This document shows positions 51,034 through 62,736 of a DNA stretch of 64,000 nt, in pieces. Source of the DNA: Lepidodermella squamata (Eukaryota; Animalia; Gastrotricha); contig JBLDXI010000026.1 in NCBI GenBank assembly GCA_047495785.1, forward strand, positions 124,001 to 188,000, read 5' to 3'. The position numbers were made by a program, and so were the translations under genes. A model generated the notes under the pieces. It was given only the letters and a program-made list of their open reading frames with translations. It had not been told where the DNA came from and made no database searches. Every line of letters starts with the position of its first letter. The first letter of the stretch is position 1.

Positions 51034-52386
51034 TTATTTATGATGAAGAGCCCCGCTGTGTTTCAGTGACTGATTTTGCCAATTGCTCAGCATTTCCGTG
51101 AATATTTTCAAATCTGGGCAAAGAACACTGAAGCGTTGCTGCAGCGCAATGTAACCATTTTGATGTCGAAGCGCAGCTTTTTGAAGCTCACGAATGATAC
51201 CCACCATTGCGATCATCCGACGTCCGAATATGTCAATAGAAATGCAGTCAGAACCAGCTCGCTTGAAGCAGTAGACTCGATAGATGCAATGAAGCCTTTC
51301 AATCATTTCGTGCACAACATCCTCTTCAGTATCAGCTGAAAAATGATGAAAATAATTAACCCAAGCCAAAATATGAAAAAAGACTAACGGTCTAAGTAAA
51401 ATAGTAACGCCATTAAGAAAGCTAGATCAACAGGGTCAGATCTCCAATCATTTAAGATTCCCTGAAGGTATTGAAGCTCTGGCTCAACGAACTGATAAAA
51501 GTAAAAGAAAATCTTGAGTTTTGTCCGAATTTCGAATATTTCTTACCTTGAAAAATTCCACCGCCTGCTTGAATACCTCGTAATTCTCATGGGACATGCC
51601 CAATTTTGTAGGTACATCCAGGCTGCAATTAGCTGCGATGATTAACCCAGAATATGCGGTGCTGAACATGCGACATCGGGTTTCCAAAGGAATCTGATGG
51701 AAACCTAGTTGATGTAAACACGATGTATTAAACCAAATGGCAACGGTAATACTCATAAACTACCAGGGATTTTCGCCGCGAATTCTTTCAGCTTCATCAA
51801 TCGTCCTTGGAATAAAGGTACCATGATTTGAATATTCCATTTGAGATCGGTTCTGCTCAGTGGCTTCGTTAGCACAATCTGTTCGAGATTATAAGTTTAC
51901 AAAGATGTTAACCGAATAATGGACTTTACTTACCTGAGATATGTCAGTTTTGAATTGCTGAGTCGCCTGAACCAAACTGCAAATCAAACTCTCACTCATC
52001 TCCAAATCGCCAGCACAAAATATCTGAACGGCAGCTTTTGAGATTGCGGGTTCACTGGGTTCACTGTTCTCTTTAGAAATAGAATCCTCATGAATCAAAG
52101 CGTCATCTCCAGAATCCAAGGCGTTTCTTGCAAAGACATCGCGGCACTTCTTGATCCGGCAGAGTTTGCAAATGAACCGGATTGTCGTCCCCGTGCTCGT
52201 AGTTATATGGCTTCCGGTTGGCACTTCCAGGCATCTGAAATCTCCAGACACGCATTTCAATTTACTGCTATCATCTCGGTAACGATGGTAGAATCTTTTA
52301 CAAGGTGCGCAGATGACTGTCCCGCTCTTCGACCGGGTAATAGTTGGCACCAAGCAAATTTCACAGCTTGCACGATGATGAGGCAT
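51034..52386 (-). CDS. Divergent nuclear hormone receptor #5 (P-box CAPCKR)
   Basis: CEIC...CAPCKRFYHR...CKLCRIKKC; LBD IPG|FHQIPLETRC. Confidence 0.8.
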
Positions 52387-52784
52387 CAGTTTGAGTGGAG
52401 GGTAAAATCACAGGTTTCTTCATAATATATAGGTGTGCTTGAGGCAAATAGTGGGGAACTTGATCCTTGCCACATATAACGTATAGTATTGATTAAAAAT
52501 TCACTTTCAATTAGCACTTCATCGAGCTTGCTCATTCAGTCAATGTGATATAAATAGGATATAGAGAGGTTTATTAGCAGAACTTTTGATCTTGATGGTA
52601 GCTCTGAGTAGCGCAACAATTCAATGAGCTTACTTCGGCATTTCTTAACATTTATTCATACTCAAATTCAACTTGACAGTGCTTCGTTTTCCTCATACAA
52701 CCATCTATCATTATAACTGTGGGCAATGGCAAAAAAAGACATTTTTGCAAAACATCACCTTAGATCCTCCATTTTCCATTTTTA

Positions 52785-54160
52785 CTATCTATAATTAGTG
52801 GCCGCGCTAGATTTCAGTGACTGATTTTGCCAATTGGTCAGCATTTCGGAAAATATTTTCAAATCCAGACAAGGAACCTTGTAACGTTGCTGCAGCGCAA
52901 TGAAACCATTTTGATGTCTAACCGCTGCTTTTCGAAGCTCGCGTATAATACCAGCCATTGCGATCATCTGGCCGGCGAATGTTACTATCGAAGTGCAGCT
53001 GGAACCAGCTCGCCTGAAGTAGTATGCTCGGTAGATACTTTGAAGTTTTTCAATCATTTCTTGCACAGTCTCGTCTCGAACATCAGCTATATAACCGAGG
53101 GATTTCTCAAACACAAATTCATCATTGTTTGATTACTTACGGTCGAGGTAAAACAGAAGAGCCATGAGAAATGCGTGGTCGACAGAATCGGGTTTCCAAT
53201 CGAACAGGATGCCCTGTAGGTACTGGAGTTCTTGCCCCACAAACTATGAGAGCGAAAAATAAGACGCTATCCTGAAATCGGATGTTCGAGAAACGTTTCT
53301 TTTGCAACCTTAAAACAATCAGATGATTGTTTGAATATTGCGTAATTGTCCTCAGACATGCCCATTTTCAAAGGGACATTAAGACTGCAGTTTGCGCCAA
53401 TGAATAGCCCGGAATAAGCACTGCAGAACATTTGACATCGCGCCTCTAACGGTATCAGATGAAACCCTGTAATTGAAAAATTAGTGAAACGAAAAGGAAA
53501 AGGAGTGTCTAACCAGGGATTTTCCCGACGAATTCTTTCAACTTCATCATCCTGATTTGAAAGAACGGTAACAAAACTTGAATATTCCATTTTCCATCTG
53601 TTTTGCTCAACGGTTTTGTCAGGGCAATCTAATGTCAAATTGTTAACCTTGGCTATTAACAGAACTTCAATTACCTCAACAATATCGTCTTTAAACTGTT
53701 GAGTCGCTTGAACCAAGTTGCAAATCAAACTCTCACTCATTTCCAAATCACCAGCACAAAATATTTGAACGGAAGATTTCGGGGCTTGAAAATTGCTCGA
53801 TAGTGCAGTGGCATTGGCTTCTTTGCAAGCATCTTGAGAAATGACAGCATCATGGGAGACAGGTTCGTCGTCACTAGAAGCAAAGTCCTTTCTCTCAAAA
53901 ACTTCGCGGCATTTTACGATCCTGCAGTGTTTGCAAATGAATCGGATGGTTGCTCCAGAACTTGTTACAACATGATGATTCCCGATCGACCTATCGTCTA
54001 TTAGGCATCGATAATTTCCAGATGCGCATTTGAACTTTTTGGCGTTGTCGCGGTAACGGTGGTAGAATCGTTTACAAGGTGCGCAGATAACTGTCCCTGT
54101 TCTCGATCGGACGCCGGTCAACACCGAGCAGATTTCACAGTGCATTCGATGACGGGGCAT
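52785..54160 (-). CDS. Divergent nuclear hormone receptor #6 (P-box CAPCKR), close paralog of #5
   Basis: CEIC...CAPCKRFYHR...CKHCRIVKC. Shares VQIFCAGDLEMSESLIC and NWQNQSLK with #5. Confidence 0.8.
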
Positions 54161-54309
54161 TTTTTGAGAAAATGCAATTATGTCTGGAAACGGAGTGTGC
54201 AAAATAGCGAAATCTGAACCTTTCCTCGCGAAATATCGATCGTCGAATCACTTTCAATTAAGCATCAATCCGTTAAATTTATTAAAACATAACATTAGCA
54301 GTTTCTAGT

Positions 54310-55707
54310 TCAAAGAGCTTTAGACAACCATTGCGAGGCCATTTCAGTGAAAATTTCGAAATGTGGAGCAAAAGCTACAGTTCGGCGTTGAAGGGATGCT
54401 AGCCAAAGGTGATGCCGAGCTGCTGCATTTCGAAACTCAGCTATCAGCTTAGCCATCATCCTCATCTTGGCATGCATGGCAACCACTCCACGAGAATCAT
54501 TGCCGTTTTTTTGAATGCAATAAGCTCGATAGAGATTGCGAAGATTCCATGATATTTCTTGAACGACTTGATTACAATCACCGTTCGCTGGTAAATTTTC
54601 TAGTGACGATAATCTGAGTTCAAACTATTAGCAATAGGATAAGAGACTTACGATCATCGTGGAACAAGAAAGCGAGCAAAAATGCTTCATCTGCAGGGTC
54701 AGGTCCAAGTTCGCAGATTGCGGCATGTAGATACGGGTGCTCAATGTATAGATGCTAAAAGAAAGAAGTAACAGGGCTGATCACAGGTTAAGAATAGACT
54801 AACCTCAAATTCTGTTGCAAGCTTGACAAATAATGCAAAATTTTCGTCCGTGAAGCCACATTTCAACTGAATCTCATTTGCGCAGTTAGAGGCAAGGAAA
54901 ATAGCAGAGTGAGCGTTTATGAACATCTTACACCTAGCGTCTAGAGATAATTTGCTATAACCTAAAAAAATCTCTAATTGGCTGTAAACTGATATATCTT
55001 ATACGAAACAAACCAGGTAGGGTCGCTACAAATTCCTTCAGTCGAAGTAGCCTGTTCATGAATAGGTTCACAGTAATTCTAGCGCCGATTTGTATCGAAT
55101 TCTCTGGCAATTTTTCCGTACGTAAGCCCAACTTGAAGATAAACAATAGGTTGGAACATCATATTGAATTAAAGCCTCTAGTTTTACTTCATATAGATCC
55201 GATCGAAAAGACAGTGTTGACCTGACCATATTATGAAGGAGATCTTCACTAATTTCCAATTCTCCTGCGGAAAGGTAGGGTACTGCTGTACTCTTCCAGC
55301 TGTAGATTTGAACTGCATCAGAAGTTGCCTCACAGACCGACCCTCCTTCACTGTCTAGGCTTTGAGTGTTGCCTGAATGTTTTGCCGGGCCGAATGAGCT
55401 TGGCTTTAGGCCGATTTCCAGACATCTCTTCATTCTACATTTTTTGCACAGATGACGTAAGGAGAATCCAGCTTTTGTTACAGAGTTTTGCTTCTCCTTG
55501 CTTAGACAATCCAGGCCGCCAGTCGAACATAACAGTTGATCAAATTTATCCCTATTTCTCAAGTAGAATCGTTTGCATGCCGGACAAATGCTGGAGCCGC
55601 ATCTCGTTCTTATCGAAGTGACATGGCCACAAACCTGACAGAGGTAGAGCGTTTACTTTGTTTTACCGTAAGGAGTGAGAGCAACTTACCATACATGACG
55701 AATTCAT
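54310..55707 (-). CDS. Divergent nuclear hormone receptor #7 (P-box CPACKR)
   Basis: MNSSCM|VCGHVTSIRTRCGSSICPACKRFYLR...CKKCRMKRCLEIG; LBD FVATLPG; last exon ends WLSKAL*. Confidence 0.8.
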
Positions 55708-55902
55708 GTTTATGAAATAGAGCAGTGCCTTAAATTAGACGTGTATGAGATGAAATTATCGCCTACGCTGAGACCTCAACAGCAACTGATAAGGTCTAAC
55801 TGATACAAGTGTATAGGAATGCACTATGATATCGCTTGATTTATTCTTGCATTGATTTGTCTGACGTAATGAAAAAAACTTGATTTCATATTATGTCCTG
55901 TT

Positions 55903-57246
55903 TCAGCAAGACAATCTCCAGTATTTAACCATCTCTGCGTACATCAATTTGCCCTTTCCGACAAGCGGAAACTTGCTCTGCGCCCTGACGTAAGCGTCGT
56001 AACGTCTCGCCGCAGCTTCCTTGAATATACTCAGCATTCGATTCATCTGCTCAATTCTGTAATCGACGCGTCGTTCAGCTTCAGCTGTTTGATTGCCAAC
56101 GCATCCTATTGCCTGCATACAGTGAGATCGGTAGACAACTTGCAGGCGACACATGTTCTCCCGAACTACAGGGTCATTGCTGGTATCAGCTATTGTGAAA
56201 ATACGGAAACTTAGCGATATGTAATCAAAAATCTAATTACTTACAGGAGTAGAATAACAAGGCGAGTAGGACGGAAAATTCCAGTAAAGAAGGGTCCCAT
56301 TCTCGAAGAATCCTTTGCAGATGATACTGTTCTGTCTCCACGAACTGAAATCGGAAAATCAGACCGTAAAATGTATTTCCAAAAATATTACGCTGAAATC
56401 GGGAGCGTATGCAATTAATTTCGCGTAATTTGCCGGGGACATTCCCATGCTGAAAGGTTGGTCATGGTTGACGCTCTCAGCTATGTTGATCGCAGAGTAG
56501 CAAGTGACAAACATTTTGCATCGAAGCTCCATCGGTATTTCTTTGAACCCTGATGATCAAATAAAATGTACCCAAATACCTAAAAATGTTACCGGGCATA
56601 CCTGGTAATTTTGCGATGTATTTCCGTAATTTGGTGACGCTAGCAACGAACAGGTCTGCCACGACCTCGAAGCATTCTTCCAAAGACGACGCATTGGCAA
56701 GATCGCTCTCTGAACGCAAGGTTTCCTTCATAAAAATGTTCCTAATAATCAATCAAATTAAAAGCGGCTATGCATACCCCATTCCTATCCTTCAGGTATT
56801 CTTGAGCCCCGGTGACTACTGCACAAACTATTTCATGATCTATCAACGCGCTTCGCTCGAATTGTGAAGCAGAATGAAGATCTGAGGTTTTAGATTCCAT
56901 TTGAACCGATTGTTCCGCTGTGCCGTCTTTTGCCAACCCTATTTCGATGCATCGGTCAAGTCGACAAGCTTTACACAGATGACGAAGGGAAAATCCGACT
57001 TTTGTCAGTGATTTACCCCCTGAGGGCTCTTGAAGACATCTCCCCCTCGAAGTTTTGCATTTGACTTTGCCAAGTTCTTCACGATTGCGTAAGAAAAATC
57101 TCTTACAGGCAACACAGATAGGAGAGCCAGCGCGAATTTTGCTCGAAGTAGGGTGGCTGCAAACCTGGAAGTTCCAAACCTGAATTATGAATTTTAATCA
57201 CAAAAAGAGTTACCATGCATTGATATTTGCTTCTCGATGAGCTCAT
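55903..57246 (-). CDS. Divergent nuclear hormone receptor #8 (P-box CVACKR)
   Basis: MSSSRSKYQCM|VCSHPTSSKIRAGSPICVACKRFFLR...CKACRLDRCIEIG; LBD YIAKLPG|FKEIP. Confidence 0.8.
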
Positions 57247-57363
57247 GATGCGCTTAATTTGATTTATTCAATTGAATGCAGTATGGCGAGCTTTGATTGT
57301 GCTTTCCCCTCAAGGTGTAATTTCACTCTTAAATACGCAAAACATCTCATATCGGATTTTACT

Positions 57364-58038
57364 TTATTTTCCACGATAATACGATAAGCTATGCTTCTGT
57401 TGACCATGCTCGTCGAAATTGCTTTCGTCAAGCCACAGTAGATACGCCTGCTTCATTGCTTGCCATTCGTAGTCTAGCATTGAAAACCAAGTAGTGTCGC
57501 AAATTTCGCCGCGAACCACCAGCCATTGACGGAAGACGCCTTCATACTGAAACCCGTATCGCAGGGCAGCAGATTTTGAAGGCTCATTTCTGCTATCGCA
57601 TTTCCATTCATAACGGCGGTATTTCAGCTCTTCGAACACGTAGCAAGTCATTAAAAAGAAAGCTTCGGTCGCTATTCTAGTCCGCGTGATTTTAGGGCCC
57701 CATAAAATCGAGCCGATTTCGATGGCGCCATGATCGCTAGCTATTCGCATGAGGTGCTGCTTGCCTTCGACTTTTCCAGTTGCTTTGTCTATGACTACAT
57801 AGGCGATTGGATCTTTCGTTGTCTTCTGGTCCTCCAGCCATTTCTCGTAGAGAACTCGATCAGTGAAGGTCGCGATGAGGTAACGATAGCGAGTCTTCGC
57901 ATCGGGGACATTCATGATTTCCCAAAGCTCCTCCTTGTGCTTTTCATTGACGGGCTCCAAGCGGCAGTATTTCCCTTCGAGGACTTTCCGCTCCGGATGC
58001 TTCCACGGACCACAAAAAATAGCGGGCTTATCAGCCAT
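57364..58038 (-). CDS. GNAT N-acetyltransferase, RimJ/RimL-like (Acetyltransf_3), copy 1, intronless
   Basis: Motifs LEGKYCRLEP, IEIGSI, YRRYEWKCD..N..S..AA.R.GF.YEG.FRQ and DTTWFSMLD.EW. Confidence 0.92.
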   Translation of the reverse strand: MADKPAIFCGPWKHPERKVLEGKYCRLEPVNEKHKEELWEIMNVPDAKTRYRYLIATFTDRVLYEKWLEDQKTTKDPIAYVVIDKATGKVEGKQHLMRIASDHGAIEIGSILWGPKITRTRIATEAFFLMTCYVFEELKYRRYEWKCDSRNEPSKSAALRYGFQYEGVFRQWLVVRGEICDTTWFSMLDYEWQAMKQAYLLWLDESNFDEHGQQKHSLSYYRGK

Positions 58039-58286
58039 TTCCTTTATTTGATCACGAGAAAAACTTGCTTGTAATACTGATTAAGCCAAGGGAGTACTGT
58101 GGCTATCGAGCTAAAAATGTTGATAATACCTATCCATCGAGAAAAGATAACAATATTAACCGAATTCACGTTCCAGCCAGCGATTAGAAAACCACATGAC
58201 TTCGGTTAGCGTTGGAAAGAATTTAAATTTAGCATTTCAGCATTATTTTATTTCTAGAATTTCGAGAAGGGAAGAAAGCGCTTAAA

Positions 58287-58958
58287 CTAGGAACGAAAGA
58301 ACTCAAGTCTTTGCTTTTGCTGGCCACGTTCGTCAAAGTTACTGTCATCGAGCCATTTGACATAGGCTTCTTTCAGTTTCGGCCAGTCTTTGTCCAGAAT
58401 TGAATACCAAGCCGTGTCTCGGTTTTTCCCCCGGATAACCATGTGCTGACCAAAAATTCCATCGAACTGAAAGCCAAATCTAGTAGCTGCTGATTTCGAT
58501 TTTTCATTCTTGTTATCGCATTTCCACTCGTAACGGCGGTAGTTCAACTCGTCGAACACGTAGCCCGCCATTAGGTAGAAAGCCTCAGTGGCCACACGAG
58601 TTCGCATCATCCCTGGGCCCCACAAAATGGATCCAATTTCAACGACCCCATGATTTGTTTCGATTCGCATCAGATGCTGCTTGCCTTCAACTTTTCCAGT
58701 TGCCTTGTCTACGACAACGTAAGCTATTGGGTCTTTCTTCGAAACTTGATCAGCGACCCATTTGTCGTACTCGGACCGTTCAGTTGGCGTGCCCCAAAGG
58801 TATTGATAGCGAGTCTCGGCATCTGGCACGTTCATTACAGCCCATAATTCGTCTTTATGCCTTTCATCGATAGGCTCGAGTCGGCAGAATTTTCCGTCGA
58901 AAACCTTTCGCTCGGGGTGTTTCCAAGGTCCGCAGAAAGCAAGCATGCCTTCAGACAT
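58287..58958 (-). CDS. GNAT N-acetyltransferase, RimJ/RimL-like, copy 2, intronless
   Basis: Same motifs as copy 1, plus GKNRDTAWYSILD and NFD..GQQK..L; tandem paralog. Confidence 0.92.
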   Translation of the reverse strand: MSEGMLAFCGPWKHPERKVFDGKFCRLEPIDERHKDELWAVMNVPDAETRYQYLWGTPTERSEYDKWVADQVSKKDPIAYVVVDKATGKVEGKQHLMRIETNHGVVEIGSILWGPGMMRTRVATEAFYLMAGYVFDELNYRRYEWKCDNKNEKSKSAATRFGFQFDGIFGQHMVIRGKNRDTAWYSILDKDWPKLKEAYVKWLDDSNFDERGQQKQRLEFFRS

Positions 58959-59305
58959 TTGATCGTGAACTGATATATAGCGAGAGTTTCTAGCTAGTAA
59001 TTCTATTTCATTCTATAAGTAATCTATTTCAGAATCATGTGACATTTTAGATAAGATAGCCATTGGGTAATATTTAGATTAGTATAAATGTTAATGAAGA
59101 ATTGATAAAATCAGGATCAAGTATAATGATAGTGTGAATGAAGTTAATTTCTACGCTATCACTGGAAGTGTTTAACAAATTTTTAATTATTTTGGAACTT
59201 GGCGAAGTTGATTATTTCGGCAATATTTAATAGAGAAAATGACGTCACTGTCTTGATTTCTTGGCATTATACATATATCGCCTAGTATCAGTCTTGCCGA
59301 AAGAA

Positions 59306-59410
59306 ACCAACCAACCAACGAGCCAACCAAACACCCAACCAAACACCCAACCAGCGACCCAAACAACGACCCAACCAACAACTCAACCAATCAAGCAACC
59401 AACAAGCCAA
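59306..59410 (+). repeat. Degenerate (CCAA)n microsatellite
   Basis: aaccaaccaaccaacgagccaaccaaacacccaacc... Confidence 0.7.
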
Positions 59411-59919
59411 CTTATTTATTTATTTATTTAAAGAGCCATAACGCCCAGAAGAGGACAGCTCAGACAAGTGATCAATAGAAAAGTAAAGACAACAACAAAA
59501 TTGAAAATCGAAATAGCATAAATAGTAGACTGATCGGGATCACTATCGAAATCAATGCAATGATCAACATAACATGAAAAATATGAAAATATATGAATAT
59601 TCAGCAATCAGAGCAGAGCGGCAACCAACCAACCAACCGCCAATTAATCATTTAACAAGACAAACGAACCACTACGATAATGCTCGGAAAGCCTAAAAGC
59701 CGCTTAATTCCATGCAAAAAATAACTCAGCCATGACAGCTTCCTGACTCCAAAAAACAGGAAGACTATTGGAAGGGACGCTTGACTCGCCGCTTTGAAAA
59801 TTTAAAGGCGACTGATTACGCTCAGTTGATGAGTGCTTAAGCTAATGAAAAATGTTCCTATAGAACGCTCTTTGGCGCTGATTTTATTGTCGAAACAGAA
59901 TCAATGATTGGCACACCAG

Positions 59920-61016
59920 CAGGGTAGGAAAATAATTTTTTTTCCCCAATCCCACTTTTTTGAGGGTCTCCATTTCCCCACAAAAAGTGCCTTTTTGCCA
60001 AGAAACTGTCCTAACTAAATTCACAGAGAAACGTGTAAATAAGAGTCACAATTTAAATAAAAAATTATTAGCCTGAGTTGGGAAAACGTGCAAAAGAGAC
60101 GTGCCTGGCACACAAGATATTTTAGGAAATTAAGGAAGTTTTCCTTAGGAAAAAATTAGAATTTTGCATGAAAATCACGTTTCACGTTTCCCCGGTTTTT
60201 TCTGATAGGGCGTTGGGCTTTTTCAGCGTTGCAGAAAGATCTGCTATAAAGACACGTTTTCCTTTCGTCCGGAATTAGAAATCCTTCATGCCAAAATGTT
60301 TTCTCAATTGCGGTTACAAAATTTAAAACTTTTTAACTCTGGGGAAATTTGAAAAACAAATTAGATATTCTGAATCAGCGCAAAAAGTTGAGGTAGGGTG
60401 CAAATTTGCGCGCGATTATCGTCCAAAATGGGGAAGTAATAGGTGAAAGAAAAAATAAATTCGTTCGTGCGTGCGAGCGCGCGCGCGCACTACGCAAATG
60501 AGCTCTCTCTCGAAGTTGCCGTTGACTGTTGTACTGTTTACACTCGTTGCGCAGTCGACGTCGCCGCGCGCGCGCACACGCACACACACACAACAATCGC
60601 GCGCTGAGAAACTTTACCTTTTCTTCCCCATTTTGGTAGATTATTGCGCGCAAATTTGCACCCGGCCCTAACTTTTTGCGCTGATTCAGAATATCTAATT
60701 TGTTTTTCAAATTTCCCCAGAGTTCAAAAGTTGAATTTTACGCATGCGCTTGCCGTTAAGGCTTCCCCAGCGAAAAAAATCAAACCTACAATACGGGAAA
60801 GGATAGGAATTGAAGAAACGAGATGGTTATTAGCAAAAATAGTTTCATTTCCCCACCTCGAAAGCTATGATGAAGAGTAATTTCGTGTAGCTTTCCCAAG
60901 CCAAAAATTGACAAAAAAGACAGAAAATCGCTCCATTTCCCCACATTTTTAGGTCTCAGGAATAAAAATTTCCCCATTCCCACTGGGATCGTGGGATGGC
61001 AGATTTTCCTAGCCTG
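59920..61016. mobile_element. Non-autonomous hAT-like element (1,097 bp) with a perfect 8-bp TSD
   Basis: TIRs CAGGGTAGGAAAAT and ATTTTCCTAGCCTG match 13/14. TSD CACACCAG at 59912-59919 and 61017-61024. Confidence 0.9.
60327..60732. mobile_element. Foldback MITE (~95-bp inverted arms, GC/CA-repeat core) inside the hAT-like element
   Basis: aactctggggaaatttgaaaaacaaattagatattctgaatcagcgcaaaaagtt...gggtgcaaatttgcgcgc is inverted at ~60638-60732. Confidence 0.85.
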
Positions 61017-61550
61017 CACACCAGCGCTGACGGTTTGGAGTTAATTCAGCAAGCAAAGGAGCAAAGTTTCAATAAAAACTGCTGCTTTATACAATTAATT
61101 AAAGGCAACGATGCGTGACTATAGTTATACTGGATCTCGCAAGTCCGCCGAATCGTTAACTCATTTGGTATACCGTATATAGCGGAATATAAGGGAGGAC
61201 CTAATAATTACAAGGGAGGACCTATTTAGAGGAACGGGTTGCAAGACATTTGAAGTAATTAATGGGACAGGCCAAATTTCAGAGAGGGTCTGACAACATG
61301 CATGACGGTGATACATAGAGACAAAAGGGTTTCAAAATCGTGATCAGGGCCTTCGAAATATGTTTTCTTCCGCAGGTAAAAAAATCGGCAGTGAAATTAA
61401 GGGTCAATGTGAAATATGTATTACGGCATTTTTTCCTGACATTATACCTACAGCCTGCAGATATCACGGAGACGATCCTATATAATTTATTTATTTTATA
61501 ACCGGTCTTTGTCCAGCATAGAGGACATAATATACAGCCTTGCCGGAAGG

Positions 61551-61845
61551 AGCCAACCAACCGGAACAAGACAAACGAACCTTTACAATAAAGCTCGGAA
61601 AGCCTAAATACCGCTTAATTCCATGCAAAAAATTAACTCGAACCCAGCCTTTTTGGAGCGGATTCTATTGTGGGAACAGAATCATGGATTAAGACTCCAC
61701 TGATTTGGAGTTGATTAAGCAAGCGAAGCAACAAGCGGCAGAACCAGCAAAATTTCAATATAAACTGGCTGTTTTTTTACAATTAATTAGGCAACGATGC
61801 GTGACCACTCACAGTTTCTCGCAAATCGACCGAATCGTTAATTCT
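61551..61845 (+). repeat. Diverged direct duplicate of ~59620-59919 plus 61017-61165
   Basis: Shared blocks aacaagacaaacgaacc...gctcggaaagcctaaa...ccgcttaattccatgcaaaaa and tttggagtt...ggcaacgatgcgtgac...ccgaatcgttaa. Confidence 0.75.
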
Positions 61846-62736
61846 TCGTTGACGTTTTCTCAGAATCAACTTTTCGATAATAAAACTCAAAATTGAAACC
61901 CATTACCAACCTTTTGTTTGGGCGAACTTTTTTTGAGACTATACCGATAAGCCAAAAATGGTACGCAACCTTCTTGCTTTCAATCATTGATTTCCAATCA
62001 TTTTACTAGTTTTTGGGCCGGATACAGATTACAGATTTTTAGCTATAAGAGTACAACAACTTTATACCATAAAATAGACCCGTCCCATCTTATGGTTTAT
62101 GTAGGTACAAGGTCATGAAATAAGGTCTTTACCGCATTTTAGCCGGCTTTGAGTCGAAAGTCACTGGATGCGAGAAAGCTAACGCTATCTTTCTTATGAT
62201 TTTTCTGATAGAGTGTCCAAAAATATATGAACCAAGTCTCCGCAATTTCTCAGTTTCATCGATATGATCAGGCGACCACGAAATGGGACCCGTGGCTACA
62301 TCGGTGGTCGCTATTCCAAGTTTCTAGAAGCTCAGATCTAAATAAATTTAATGTTTGCCTGAAAAAGCCTCGATCAGCCGCCTTAATGCTACTGAGCTCT
62401 GAGGCCAGCCGGCCGCAAACGGCCGATAAAACCGAGTTTGCGCACCACTGCCCTATGACCAATATTGCTCGATGAACTATAGGACAATCAGAAAATAAAC
62501 AATACAGGTGGTTTATCTCGCAGTTTCAGACGTCGCTAAAACGTCGCGACTCGCCAAAAAATAGAACGCTCGACAAGAGATAAGATAACACGGCTTGAAT
62601 ATTGTACGAACAATTCTCAGATCTATTCGTCCTACGCTTGAAGTTATCAGAACTCCAGGTTTCGAATCATCAAGGTGGGTATTTAAGGCCGCGCAAAGCT
62701 AACATTTAACTATTAGTTGAAATCCTTAGCTCAAAC

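Noticed and set aside
60375-60880. ORFs in the foldback MITE
   Set aside because: They come from low-complexity GC/CA repeats within a non-coding element.
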